Shown piece by piece: positions 21,201-30,122 of a DNA stretch of 64,000 bases. The notes beneath the pieces were generated by a model. It was not told the DNA's origin, searched no databases, and worked only from the letters and a program-made list of their open reading frames with translations. Position 1 is the first letter of the stretch. Each line of letters starts with the position of its first letter. The DNA is from Fimbriimonadia bacterium. GTDB taxonomy: Bacteria > Armatimonadota > Fimbriimonadia > Fimbriimonadales > JABRVX01. The DNA is taken from positions 32,001-96,000 of the forward strand of contig JBGPGO010000008.1 of the NCBI GenBank assembly GCA_041483895.1. Direction: 5' to 3'. The translations under genes and the position numbers were made by a program.

Positions 21201-23000
21201 ATGACCCCGATCAAGGGCCCCCAACATGCCGACAGTCTCGAAGCTTGGAAAGTTCGCCGTGGAGAAGTGCGCGAGATGGTGATGCGAGATATCGGCCTCT
21301 GGCCGCTGCCGAAAGACATCCCCCTCGACCCGCATATCGCCGGCAGCAAGGAACGGGACGGTTACACGCTCAGCCGCATCTATCTCCAGATGTTCCCTGG
21401 TTGCTATGGGACCGGGTGGCTCTACGTTCCGCTCCATCCAAAGAGCCCGAAGATGCCGGCGATTATCAATCCCAACGGCCACTTTGAGCACGGAGCCTGG
21501 AACCCGACAGAACAGTCGCGGGCTATCGCGATGGCCAAGAAAGGATACGTCTGCATCGCCACCGACAGCATCCACGCTGGAGATTTCGAGGTCGGCATGT
21601 GTCCCATCGGCCTGATGACCTGGCAGAATATTCGGGCGCTCGACTATCTATGCAGCCGTCCGGATGTGGACCTCTCGCGTATCGGAATCACCGGCGCAAG
21701 CGGCGGCGGCCAGCAAACGATGTACATGATGGCGATCGACGACCGACTCGCGGCCGCCGTTCCGGTCGTGATGGCCTGCTATTACGAGCGAATAATGAAC
21801 CCGGATTGGGCCCATTGCTGGTGCAACCACGCACCGGGAATTCAGGGAGATACCGATCCGATCGAATACCTCAGCCTCTTCGCCCCGAAGCCCGCGCAGT
21901 TCGAGTCTTCGACCTACGACTGGACCGCGCAGTTCCCCGAGAACGAGTGGAAAGACGTGCAGAAGGTGTGGAATCTGTACGGCGCCGGGGACAAGATCGC
22001 GAGCCGCATCGACAACATCCCGCACGACTACGACAAAGTGCGCCGCGAGGCGATGTACGGGTTCTTCAACAAGGTATTTGGCGTGGACGATCCCGACCAG
22101 GGGAAAGAGCCGGCTCTGAAGACGGAAGACTATCCGTTCATGGACACACTCGATCAGAAGATCGCGGGCGTGCAGGATTGGTCGGCCGCGGCGGCGTGGT
22201 ATCGGGCGAACCGGACCGCTAGCGGCGTCACGCGCGAGAAGCTGGCGAAACTGGTGCGCGCGGCGGACCCTGTGGAGGCTGAGGTGGGTGGGGAACCAAT
22301 GGAGACGCTGCATGTCTCTGTGCCGTTCGCGCAGACATTCCTCATTAATGGGGAGAAAGGCACCAAGATACCCGCCGTTCTGCTCTCTCCAAAGGCGACG
22401 GCACGGGCGATACCCGCCGTCATTCTCTTGATGCCGCACGGCAAGGCGGACGCGTTCGGACCGGACGACAAACCGAACCCGCTGGTTCAGGCCATTTTGG
22501 ACTCCGGCCAGCACGTGCTCGCGATCGACGCACGGCTTACTGGGGAGCTCCAAAAGGACTGGGTCCACAACTGCCTCTTCTGGGGAAGGCCCGAGGTCGG
22601 CATGGCCGCGGACGATGCGCGCTGGGCCGCCGCCTATCTCGCCCACTATCCCGGCGTGGACAAGAAGCACATTTCCGTCATCGGCGTGGGCCACATGGGG
22701 TTGGCGGCTCTGATTGCGGGAACGCTGGGCAGCTTTTCTTCTTGCGTTTTCGATGCGCAAGGCGCGAGCTACAAGAGCCAACCACTCTACGACACAAAGG
22801 GCTACTACTCCGGCGGCAAAGGGCTTTCGACCTTCGTCCTGCCGCTGCTTCCCGGCGTAATGGAGTTGGGCGATGTGCCGGAGATCGCGAAGGCGTGCGC
22901 TTGCCCGCTTGGCGTGATCCAGCCTGGGGAAGGCATGACCGGCGCTGCGGTCTTGGATCCAACCCATCTGGAATCGGTCGCCGGGTTTTTGCGGAAATAA
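18276..23000 (+). CDS. Large secreted multidomain protein: putative glycoside hydrolase region, CBM-like sandwich, acetylxylan-esterase-like alpha/beta hydrolase, second degenerate hydrolase domain
   Basis: SD GGAGGT then MKSIVV signal peptide. ESFRI...GGDARGLMYG zincin-like N-domain, YEVWARV...NSFF...REDG sandwich, RIGITGASGGG nucleophile elbow, later ISVIGVGHMG without Ser. Confidence 0.8.
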   Translation: MKSIVVGLAVIFVEMGFSQVVVKLPENRPEWQFAVNEIKAAAKEKLTVVASIAKGEPESFRIRTGGGQVMVDGGDARGLMYGLLDVAEQLRVFHKVSGKQDKPFLKYRMLKFNPPLKGNVYLSDEDAANSAWFFDLDYWDAFFKMMAKARYNVISFWHSHPFGNMVTLAKYPEAALLQGAEMDKAKQFYHSLFQLAHAHGIDVYWMTWNIHVTPGFAKAHSVKDGQDSPLIRDYAKECMRETLREYPEIDGWGTCPGEAMGSLDANGREDFIRECILEPMRETGRKMPLIHRYWGAEPPALAKMVSDAKYPADVLLDIKFNGEHMYSSPKPHVQDQRWFNQSPKPYQILWHLRNDDLYQFNWGDPDFAYALIKNCAGSGGFVMGSEVEVPGVDRYHTKETEWHKTWKYQFEKHWFRWMLWGRAGYNPNMGEDVWRGMYQAKYGKEIGAKVYEATKTASKIIPAVERFHWDYMNGDWYAEGNIGGWNTSAEMPRPNFRRNQMWHDLDGYIFNNTIDEGMLSIPEMVGESTVSGKLPSGRKTAFEVAAELGQWSAKVDSLAHEAETLAIGPRAMPRDVILRQAKMESLDCDLMDLSAISKLGDFYAEKLNAAGSAGLLLFGFNPDVRDVAVTMAKQAADSWSRLADIADRHYLKHEVWLMGQFSWGMYTPFVQRDVEMALSVVPIPRSEREWTVGGKKLKTVTWQHVGDPIKDQWIDFMNGIAGKVRPTADTATTEIQVPAGRTAAVKFLGKGLIEASAPGGVKFGPGMPEAAVVSQSGVLTVKVDPKEAKDGFTIQVIPQGRPDDQIILPAKDGKLTAPFALEAPQGGLHGQCILVKKGVGHGKEGSAGPIKDNGWADFSFTTKLATKYEVWARVWFTDDDSNSFFLKFDGGDPQILASEDFNRWAWVMLPATMELKNGKHTLQVRNREDGVRLDEIRLIPIGMDAQALLPKTLQERLAVLGPKGAADNLAAYFQKMTPIKGPQHADSLEAWKVRRGEVREMVMRDIGLWPLPKDIPLDPHIAGSKERDGYTLSRIYLQMFPGCYGTGWLYVPLHPKSPKMPAIINPNGHFEHGAWNPTEQSRAIAMAKKGYVCIATDSIHAGDFEVGMCPIGLMTWQNIRALDYLCSRPDVDLSRIGITGASGGGQQTMYMMAIDDRLAAAVPVVMACYYERIMNPDWAHCWCNHAPGIQGDTDPIEYLSLFAPKPAQFESSTYDWTAQFPENEWKDVQKVWNLYGAGDKIASRIDNIPHDYDKVRREAMYGFFNKVFGVDDPDQGKEPALKTEDYPFMDTLDQKIAGVQDWSAAAAWYRANRTASGVTREKLAKLVRAADPVEAEVGGEPMETLHVSVPFAQTFLINGEKGTKIPAVLLSPKATARAIPAVILLMPHGKADAFGPDDKPNPLVQAILDSGQHVLAIDARLTGELQKDWVHNCLFWGRPEVGMAADDARWAAAYLAHYPGVDKKHISVIGVGHMGLAALIAGTLGSFSSCVFDAQGASYKSQPLYDTKGYYSGGKGLSTFVLPLLPGVMELGDVPEIAKACACPLGVIQPGEGMTGAAVLDPTHLESVAGFLRK

Positions 23001-23235
23001 GGCGAAGTTCGTTTGGCCGTTCGAAATCAACCGTGGAAGTTCAACGATACTTCCACGGTCTTGATTTAGAGGATCTGATTTCCGAGATGAACGTGCAGAC
23101 GATAATTCAGAGAACTCGAGGAAGGACCGATCAGATTCTCGTTCGATATTTTTTGGAATCGCCCATACTTTCAATCCGGAATCCAATTAATTTCCGCGAT
23201 GACGAGAGAAGATTTTTCCAGTTGAGGATCGCTCG

Positions 23236-23442
23236 TTAGGCGGATCGAATCTCAGTTGCGAATAGAATTTCATTGTCGCGCGCAACGTCCGATGCGACCG
23301 GAATCAGTTTCAATTTGAGAAAATCGAGATACCGATCTTCGGTAATTCCCAAAAGTTCTTCATCAAAATGCACGATATTTGCGAACAAATTTGCATTTGT
23401 GCACATCAAAATAAAAAGAACTATTGCAATTTTGCCAATCAT
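23236..23442 (-). pseudogene. AT-rich short ORF, possible degraded secreted-protein gene
   Basis: Signal-peptide-like start in an AT-rich patch (about 23000-23470). The frame continues about 34 codons past the TAA at 23236. Confidence 0.3.
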
Positions 23443-23480
23443 TATTGCAATAATAACTCATCCAAGGAGGGTCTTAGCTT

Positions 23481-23861
23481 ATGAGGAAAACAACGACTAA
23501 GAAAAAACCATCCTCGTCCGCGTCGAAAAACGGCGTGACGATCACCCTGTCCGGCGACGTCGCAAAAGTGTTTCCGAGCGCCGCAAAAGCGACTGCGGCC
23601 TTGAAGCAACTCGCGGCGATCGTCTCGTCCGCGGCTCCAGCCGCCGCTCCGAAAAAGGCCGCGGCCAAGAAGGCTGCACCGAAGAAAAGAGTGGCAGCAA
23701 AGAGAGCGGCTCCGAAGAGGACCGCACGACCGGCTGCAAAGAAAACCACTGCGGCGAAGAAAACCACCGCACGGAAGACAACAGCCAAGAGAAAGACAGT
23801 AGCGAAGAAGAAGGCCCCAGTGGCCGCTTCCATGTCCTCCCCAGTTAGGACAATGAAATAA
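23481..23861 (+). CDS. Histone H1-like Lys/Ala-rich basic protein
   Basis: SD AAGGAGG and PKKAAAKKAAPKK-type repeats. Confidence 0.8.
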   Translation: MRKTTTKKKPSSSASKNGVTITLSGDVAKVFPSAAKATAALKQLAAIVSSAAPAAAPKKAAAKKAAPKKRVAAKRAAPKRTARPAAKKTTAAKKTTARKTTAKRKTVAKKKAPVAASMSSPVRTMK

Positions 23862-23862
23862 G

Positions 23863-23900
23863 AAAAATGGGGCGGCCCGAATGGACCGCCCCATCTCTTT
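23863..23900. terminator. Bidirectional intrinsic terminator
   Basis: ATGGGGCGGCCC-GAAT-GGACCGCCCCAT with A and T tracts, between convergent genes. Confidence 0.8.
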
Positions 23901-24399
23901 ATTTTTGCCGCTTCAGAACAATTTCGTGCAGCAGCTTTTCTTCGCCATTTTGAACCTGAACAAGGCGATTGGAGAGCGTATCTTTGTCAGTGAACCGTTC
24001 TGTAGCTTTCCACTGTTTCGGGTCGCCACCAATCGGTCCGAACTCGAAAATGAACGTATCGCTGGCCATAGTCACGTGGCCGTAAAACACGCTCTCCGAT
24101 CCGTGCGTGTCAAGATAATAGACCTGCTTCGCGGTGGGATCCCACCCCAAAAAGCTGGTCACATAGATCGGCGCTTTCGAACCCTTGCCGATCTGGCCCT
24201 CGCCAATAATCCCTTTCCCGTCCGGATGGCGGCGATACTTGAATTCCACAATCAGCGGCCCGTTCGGAGTCTGCACTTCGCCCGTCCATGTGCCTCCGAT
24301 AATCTGAGTCAGTTTCGTGAGAACCGGATCCTCAGCCTTCGTCGGCGTCTGCGCGGCAGCCACCCCGGCCGCCAAGATCAACAAACTAAGCCATTTCAT
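23899..24399 (-). CDS. Secreted hypothetical protein (beta-barrel/lipocalin-like)
   Basis: MKWLSLLIL signal peptide, IGGTWTG motif. ATGA overlap with the upstream ArsR gene. Confidence 0.65.
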   Translation of the reverse strand: MKWLSLLILAAGVAAAQTPTKAEDPVLTKLTQIIGGTWTGEVQTPNGPLIVEFKYRRHPDGKGIIGEGQIGKGSKAPIYVTSFLGWDPTAKQVYYLDTHGSESVFYGHVTMASDTFIFEFGPIGGDPKQWKATERFTDKDTLSNRLVQVQNGEEKLLHEIVLKRQK

Positions 24400-25220
24400 G
24401 ATTTTCCTCTCTCTCCCTTCGGTTCGGGACATGCTTCATATCCGATGCCTTCCTCGCAATATCGTTTCAGCGATTGTTCCATCAGGGCGCGCGTGCCTTC
24501 CCGGAACATTTTTTCCAGGTCTTCCGGCACATCGCCCCAAATCACAAACTTCCGTTTGAGAATCGTCGCGTCGCCGTCCGCCTCAAACGTGTCGACGCTG
24601 AACGTGTTGTACGAGCCGGGCAGACCGCCCGGTCCGCGATACGCGCACTTGACCGGCGGATCGAGATAGACGACGATGCCGTACGAAGCGAAACCGCCGT
24701 CCCACAGCTCGCCGATTCGCCCGTTCATCTGCGGCTCGAAGATAATGGTGGAACCGGGCTTGAATCGGTGCGGCCACCAATTCGGAAATTCCACCGTCGC
24801 GGCGCGGAACACCCGTTCTTGGGACGCGTTGATCCGCATCTCCATTTCGATGTTCACGTGCCGATAGGGCGTCTGGTCCATTTGTTGGGCCACCTCTTTC
24901 GTGGTTTCTGCGTACCGTCGTAAGTGTAGGGCCGTCTCGGCCGCGGTGGACGATAGGGGGCTGGTCCATCGTTCGTACATCTCGCGCAAGGGGATCGGGT
25001 TCAGATAGTTGAACCGATTGCGCCCCTCGCACCGGAACAGGACCAGCCCCGCATCCTCCAAAACTCCCAGGTGCTGCATAACCGCGAAACGGCTCAGCCC
25101 CGTCAGCTCTTTGGTGAGCTGACCGGTGGTTTGCGGCCCTTCGCGCATCAAGTCCAGGAGTCTCCTCCGATGAGGACTCGCCAGCGCCCGCCAGACGGTT
25201 TCCGATTCCACGTTTGCCAA
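24396..25220 (-). CDS. ArsR/SmtB HTH regulator fused to an SRPBCC (AHSA1) domain
   Basis: WRALASPHRRRLLDL, SRFAVMQHLGVLE, INASQERVFRA...NWWP. Confidence 0.9.
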   Translation of the reverse strand: MANVESETVWRALASPHRRRLLDLMREGPQTTGQLTKELTGLSRFAVMQHLGVLEDAGLVLFRCEGRNRFNYLNPIPLREMYERWTSPLSSTAAETALHLRRYAETTKEVAQQMDQTPYRHVNIEMEMRINASQERVFRAATVEFPNWWPHRFKPGSTIIFEPQMNGRIGELWDGGFASYGIVVYLDPPVKCAYRGPGGLPGSYNTFSVDTFEADGDATILKRKFVIWGDVPEDLEKMFREGTRALMEQSLKRYCEEGIGYEACPEPKGERGKS

Positions 25221-25221
25221 T

Positions 25222-25248
25222 ACGTGATATTATTATAACATATCATGT
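25222..25248 (-). promoter_or_regulatory. Extended -10 (TGTTATAAT) inside an imperfect palindrome, probable ArsR autoregulatory operator
   Basis: ACGTGATAT-N9-ATATCATGT directly upstream of the TTG start. Confidence 0.6.
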
Positions 25249-25290
25249 GGCGGATGTCTAGGTATTTGGGTCCTTTTTGAATGTAAAAAT

Positions 25291-25315
25291 CCCTCAACAA
25301 TCACATTGTTGAGGA
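25291..25315 (-). terminator. Family A variant hairpin acting as a probable terminator
   Basis: CCCTCAACAAT-CAC-ATTGTTGAGGA, followed by ATTTTT on the minus strand, right after the stop at 25317. Confidence 0.65.
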
Positions 25316-25316
25316 C

Positions 25317-25679
25317 TTACGTATGCCGTCCGGCTCCGTCCATGGGAGGATTGGCCGCCCTTCGTGAACTGATCATCCCGATGACCGCGCAAGCCAAAGC
25401 AGTAACTGCAGCGACGGTAATGACCCCGGCGGGCCACACGGCTTGGGTCATCAGAAGTTTGCGGCCAAAGAACACCGTGTCCAGTGCGGCCATGCACGCG
25501 CAGATGGCGTAGCCGATTTTGGGCCTGTTGTGCGCGAGGGCAACGCCTCCAATCACCACCACCCCAAACCCGACGTTCCAAATGAGCCAGGGCAACTTGC
25601 CCCCGGCCATGTATCCCTGCACCCCGCTGGCAATGTCCAGGAGGGCGTAGAGAATAAGGACGCCTCTAAGCCAGGTCAT
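25317..25679 (-). CDS. Small 4-TM membrane protein (TMEM14-like)
   Basis: Four hydrophobic helices. YALL..SGVQGY and FFGRKL..T.AVWPAG pattern. Confidence 0.7.
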   Translation of the reverse strand: MTWLRGVLILYALLDIASGVQGYMAGGKLPWLIWNVGFGVVVIGGVALAHNRPKIGYAICACMAALDTVFFGRKLLMTQAVWPAGVITVAAVTALACAVIGMISSRRAANPPMDGAGRHT

Positions 25680-25707
25680 TGGGGAAAAGTGTACCTAGGC
25701 AAAGAAA

Positions 25708-25768
25708 TGTGCCGGGGTTCACTTTCGCCGACCACCCCGCTGTTCCTGACCGCCTTGACCCCAGCACA
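25708..25768. repeat. Family E ~60-bp element
   Basis: TGTGCCGGGGTTCAC...GACCCCAGCACA. Confidence 0.75.
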
Positions 25769-25817
25769 GAACAGTTGCGCTGGAGTGTTTCAATCTTCCC
25801 GCCGGGCCGGCAGCCGC

Positions 25818-26513
25818 CTAGGTAATCCCCCGCTCGTTGAGTTGCTTGAGATCAGACCGAACGTACTCACCGACGGCCCAAGAAGTCCGATCCGTCTTGT
25901 TCGAAGCCAAGTTCGCTGCTTCGATTAGAAACGCCTTGAGTCTGACAAGGACTCGACGATACCCCGATGTATCGCTAACCATCTTGCAGCCACTGGCCTC
26001 AATGCTGTGCAAAAGGCGAACTTTCCAAAAAAAGCGCAGCTTCTCTTCATCGGTTAGAGTACCCATGTGGTTCGAAATCAGCGTTTCAAGTTTCGAAACG
26101 GCTTCGCGAATGTATGCATCATGGCGGATATCAATGTAGCCCTTAAGCGCCGCTCCCCACAATTCCGCTTCGCCCAACGCCCACTGAAATGGTCTGCGAT
26201 CCTCGATAAGCGAAGCAATCTCATTTGGCTCGATTCCTTGCCAGGCCATTGCTTGACACTGACTGAAGAAGATGCCTTGGCATATTCCTTGTCCGGCTTT
26301 GCTTTCAGTCTTTTGAGCCCAAGTGCTTTCGTGGTGCTCTATCACATACAGTGTCTGGCGACCCAGAAGCCCCCACACTCGGCGCGAGTTTCTCAGTACC
26401 GGCAATCTTCTTGTCACTGCTACTGCCGTTTGTATGCTCAGCATCCGGCAAAGGGCGATAAACCCGTCAATAGACTCGAAAACTCCCACAAAGCCAATTA
26501 CATCTTCTCGCAA
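25818..26513 (-). CDS. Hypothetical protein (lower GC, start uncertain)
   Basis: 231-codon ORF filling the gap between repeat clusters. No recognisable motif. Confidence 0.45.
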   Translation of the reverse strand: MREDVIGFVGVFESIDGFIALCRMLSIQTAVAVTRRLPVLRNSRRVWGLLGRQTLYVIEHHESTWAQKTESKAGQGICQGIFFSQCQAMAWQGIEPNEIASLIEDRRPFQWALGEAELWGAALKGYIDIRHDAYIREAVSKLETLISNHMGTLTDEEKLRFFWKVRLLHSIEASGCKMVSDTSGYRRVLVRLKAFLIEAANLASNKTDRTSWAVGEYVRSDLKQLNERGIT

Positions 26514-26546
26514 TTAACCGTTGCGGAGGCAGTAAAAACTGAAACA

Positions 26547-26777
26547 GGGTTAGGGTGGGGGTTCGTCCGCATCAAAAATCTATCATTCCGAAAAACCCCT
26601 GACAGTGCGAATGCCAGGGGATATCCGCGCCCCCGATGTATTGGGGTTTTTGGTGCTTGGCAGTCAACACGAATCGGCAGACGTGAACCCCAATACATCT
26701 GGGGGGAGTATCACCGTTGTGTTGGGGTCCTCGCCAGCCGCAACCGAACGAGAGCCAACCACCATAGACCCCAACAC
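26547..26777. repeat. Intergenic repeat cluster: family G half, family A variant (26596-26620), two family E elements (26635-26699 and 26718-26777)
   Basis: GGGTTAGGGTGGGGG; CCCCTGACAGT-GCG-AATGCCAGGGG; TGTATTGGGGTT...AACCCCAATACA; TGTGTTGGGGTC...GACCCCAACAC. Confidence 0.85.
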
Positions 26778-26829
26778 GTCGGATACCTCCGACGAATCGA
26801 TCGTCGGGGGATAAAGTCGCTGTGCCAAG

Positions 26830-28110
26830 TCAGCTATCGTGCAGCACCGCGATCGGTCGGCCTCGCGTCTCCGGCAACGTCCAGATCCATGCCCCGGTCA
26901 GCAGCGCGAACAGCGCCGCCAGCGAAATCCCTCCCGCTAGCCCGTATCGCGGCGCGATGACCGCGATCACCACCGGTGTAAAGAACTGCACCCCCCGCGC
27001 CAGGTTGAACGCCGCCCCCATCGCCGTGTTCCGAATTGCGGTCGGAAACAGCTCGGAAAACAGTGGGCCATATCCCCCGAACATCCCTGTGCCAAATCCC
27101 ACCAAGAACATGAACGCCAAAATCATCGGCGGCGAAGCCGAAATGGAAGACCACAGCAGCGTGATCATAATCAGCCCCAGCGCCATGATGACCGAGTAGA
27201 TGGAATACGCTGGCCGCCGGCCGACCCGGTCCGCCACCACCCCAAAGCTGGCATATCCCAGCAGCCCGCCGCCCTGCGTCACCAGCATCCACACCGCCGA
27301 AGTGGCCAGGGAAAAATGCCGCTCCTTGTGGAGGTACGAAGGCATCCACGAATAGGTGAACCAATAGGCCGACATATCGAAGATGGCCAGCACCAGCGAC
27401 AGTGCGAACAGCCTGCCGGTCGTGCCGGATAGCAGCATCCGAAGACGATTGCTGGTCTCTTGCGCCATGGCATCGTGTGTCAGCCCGCCCTCCGCGATCA
27501 GCTTCCGCCGCTCCAACCACACATCCGACTCCGGGAGCGATGTGCGAACGAAGATCACTAACAGCGCAGGCAGCACCGAGACGAAGAAACACATCCGCCA
27601 ACCGATCTGCGGCGCCAAAAATCCGCCGACAACGGTCGCAAGCGCGATGCCGATTGGCGCGCCCGTTTGCATCAGCGCCCCATACCGCCCACGAACCTTT
27701 GGCGGAAACGTCTCGCCCACATAGGTCTGTCCGGTCGCCCACTCACCACCGACTCCCAGACCGGTGAGGACGCGGAAAACGATGAGCGCGCCCAGCCCGG
27801 AAGAAAGGCCGCAAAGAAACGTCCCGACACTGTACGTGAGGATCGTCCACTGCAAAACGCTGCGCCGCCCAAAGCGATCCGAAAGAACGCCGAAGATCAC
27901 GCCCCCTATCGCCGTCGCCGCCAGCGACGCCCCCATCACGTAGGAAAGCTGAACTTCCGACAGGCCCAGCTCCTTGCCAATCGGAATGAGAAGAAAAGTG
28001 TACAGGATCAGATCGTAGAAGTCAAAAATCCATCCCGCCCAGGAGAGCAACAGGATTCGGTAGTGCTGCCTTGTCGGCCTCTCATGATCGGACAGCAACA
28101 TGGCTTTCAC
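26830..28110 (-). CDS. MFS transporter (sugar/carboxylate type)
   Basis: GWIFDFYD, FGVLSDRFGRR, GLGVGGEW, SELFPTAIR. Confidence 0.93.
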   Translation of the reverse strand: MKAMLLSDHERPTRQHYRILLLSWAGWIFDFYDLILYTFLLIPIGKELGLSEVQLSYVMGASLAATAIGGVIFGVLSDRFGRRSVLQWTILTYSVGTFLCGLSSGLGALIVFRVLTGLGVGGEWATGQTYVGETFPPKVRGRYGALMQTGAPIGIALATVVGGFLAPQIGWRMCFFVSVLPALLVIFVRTSLPESDVWLERRKLIAEGGLTHDAMAQETSNRLRMLLSGTTGRLFALSLVLAIFDMSAYWFTYSWMPSYLHKERHFSLATSAVWMLVTQGGGLLGYASFGVVADRVGRRPAYSIYSVIMALGLIMITLLWSSISASPPMILAFMFLVGFGTGMFGGYGPLFSELFPTAIRNTAMGAAFNLARGVQFFTPVVIAVIAPRYGLAGGISLAALFALLTGAWIWTLPETRGRPIAVLHDS

Positions 28111-28169
28111 AATCTAGTTCAGTGGCGCCGAATAATATCCTACCCAAACGAGGGAGCAACGCAAACTCC

Positions 28170-30011
28170 CTACCGACGCCGCAGCAGTCCCCCGACCTCC
28201 GATAGGTTGAGGCCGATATAGAAATAGTTCGCATTCGCCTGGAAGTTGCGACCGAAGCCGACCCAGAACATGTCCCGGAAGAACGTCGCGGAGAGGGCCA
28301 ACCCGATCTCCACCGGTTGCTTGTCGGAAAAATCGAGCAGGGCGATGCTGAAGCCCAGTCCCGGCGAGAGGCCGTGATTCCAGAAGTCGTTGTTCTTCAT
28401 CCCATACTTCCAATGGTAGCCAAGACCGAGGGTCGGCTGGTAGCTGACATTCCGATCGATCGTCCCCTGCGGCTGCACCATCAACAAAGCCCCGCGCGTC
28501 TCCATGTACAGGCCATACGCCTCGAGTTTGAACTCTTTGCGCCCCTGCATCAAGACTTTCCGCTCCTTGGTTTGCGGATCGTCCGACACCACGGAAATGT
28601 CAACGATAACTCGATCCCCCGGATAGCGCGGACCCACGGATCGCATGTCCAGTGTGGTGTCCAGGTCCTGATCGCCTTCCGCGGCGCGCGGAACCAAATC
28701 CCGCGCCTGCAACGCAACCCCTGCGCCGATATCAATTGCCTTCGCGACTTCCCGAAATTGCGACGATATCTGGCTGAAGTAGGTGATGTTGTTGGCAAAA
28801 ACACCCGCAAAATCGGTGAAATTCTGTGCCGACGCTGTGTTCACCACCCCTGGGTGCGTGGCGTTGTACGCGATCATGTTGGCGGCAAGAGATCGGAATC
28901 TCGAAGGGAGGTCGGTAACGTCTCGCAACATCCTGCGGGAAGAGGTATCGAGCAGCGTCCCGATCTCAAGCAGCTTGCCGGCGTTGTCAGCCGCCTGAAG
29001 AGTCGGCACGTTCGTCAGCATGTTGATGGTCTCGATCAGGCCCTTGGCTTCTGCATGGAGCGGCTTGCCGTCGGCAGGCGCCTTGGATAGGTTATCCAGA
29101 AGGGTCGTCAGATTTTGGGTTATCCCGTCGAAATTCATGCCCGCGACCAGTTCGTGCAGACCGTCGCCCATATCATGCAGCGTATCGCGGACCTGGCTCT
29201 GAAACGATCCGGTCATGAACTGGTTGGACAGATTTGCAACTCCCTGCGCTAATTGCAGGTCCCTTTGCGTGCGCGGATCCGCCACGGTTTGGAAGCGAGC
29301 GAATGGGATGGGGCTTCCCGCCTTTAGGCTGTCATACCTGTCGAGGTGTATGCGAGTCGACCGGCCGTCGTGACCCACCAAGTGCGCTTCCATAAAGACC
29401 TGAACCTGGCTCGTCTGACCGGACTGCCGACCCAGCTCATTCGCCGTCTTCGTCAGATTGCTCCCGATGGCATCTCCGAGCGGCTTATAGTCACCCTCGC
29501 CTATCGCCTTTTCGATCGCCGGCTTGAATTCGTTATAGATGACGGGGTCTTTGAATTCCAGCGTCTTGATGGCAGCAAGAATTTTGACGCCTGCCGCGCC
29601 GTGTTCGCCGCGAACAGAATTGAGCTGCGTGTCAAGAGACATCAGACGCCGCGTATCGTTCATCTTCAGCGCGACCGCTTTGCCAACGGCCATGCCGGCC
29701 ATGGCGATCTGTCTTTCCTGCGCCGTCAAAATCTGGCCAACGGCGGTCTCCAGGAGCTCCACGCGATCGGTCAGCGGTCCTGTCGCGATACCAGGGGATT
29801 TTTCTTTCGCAAGCGAAGCGAGAAACGCCTCTCGCTTCCAGTTGATCTTGAAGGTGGTGTCCATCTCAATCTCGGTCGTGCGGTTGCGGCTATCGATCGG
29901 CTTGCCGTTGGCCAGCACGAACGAGATATGATCGAGAACGTCGCCATAGGCAATCCCCATGGCAATGGGACAGAACGCGATTAACCCTAGCAATCTTCTT
30001 CCACCGTGCAT
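28170..30011 (-). CDS. Secreted hypothetical protein with helical middle and C-terminal beta-strand-rich region
   Basis: Signal peptide, 613 aa, alternating aromatic/Gly strands at the C-terminus (YFYIGLNL). Confidence 0.7.
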   Translation of the reverse strand: MHGGRRLLGLIAFCPIAMGIAYGDVLDHISFVLANGKPIDSRNRTTEIEMDTTFKINWKREAFLASLAKEKSPGIATGPLTDRVELLETAVGQILTAQERQIAMAGMAVGKAVALKMNDTRRLMSLDTQLNSVRGEHGAAGVKILAAIKTLEFKDPVIYNEFKPAIEKAIGEGDYKPLGDAIGSNLTKTANELGRQSGQTSQVQVFMEAHLVGHDGRSTRIHLDRYDSLKAGSPIPFARFQTVADPRTQRDLQLAQGVANLSNQFMTGSFQSQVRDTLHDMGDGLHELVAGMNFDGITQNLTTLLDNLSKAPADGKPLHAEAKGLIETINMLTNVPTLQAADNAGKLLEIGTLLDTSSRRMLRDVTDLPSRFRSLAANMIAYNATHPGVVNTASAQNFTDFAGVFANNITYFSQISSQFREVAKAIDIGAGVALQARDLVPRAAEGDQDLDTTLDMRSVGPRYPGDRVIVDISVVSDDPQTKERKVLMQGRKEFKLEAYGLYMETRGALLMVQPQGTIDRNVSYQPTLGLGYHWKYGMKNNDFWNHGLSPGLGFSIALLDFSDKQPVEIGLALSATFFRDMFWVGFGRNFQANANYFYIGLNLSEVGGLLRRR

Positions 30012-30071
30012 ACTGTTTGGATGGTACTAACGTTCGGCATGGTACATGGAGGGGTCCTTCTACCCATTGCA

Positions 30072-30105
30072 AAGGGAAAGGCCTCCATCGTGGAGCGATG
30101 GAGGC
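30072..30105 (-). terminator. Intrinsic terminator
   Basis: GCCTCCATCG stem of 10 bp followed by CTTTCCCTTT on the minus strand. Confidence 0.65.
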
Positions 30106-30122
30106 TGGACAGTAGTGTCACG

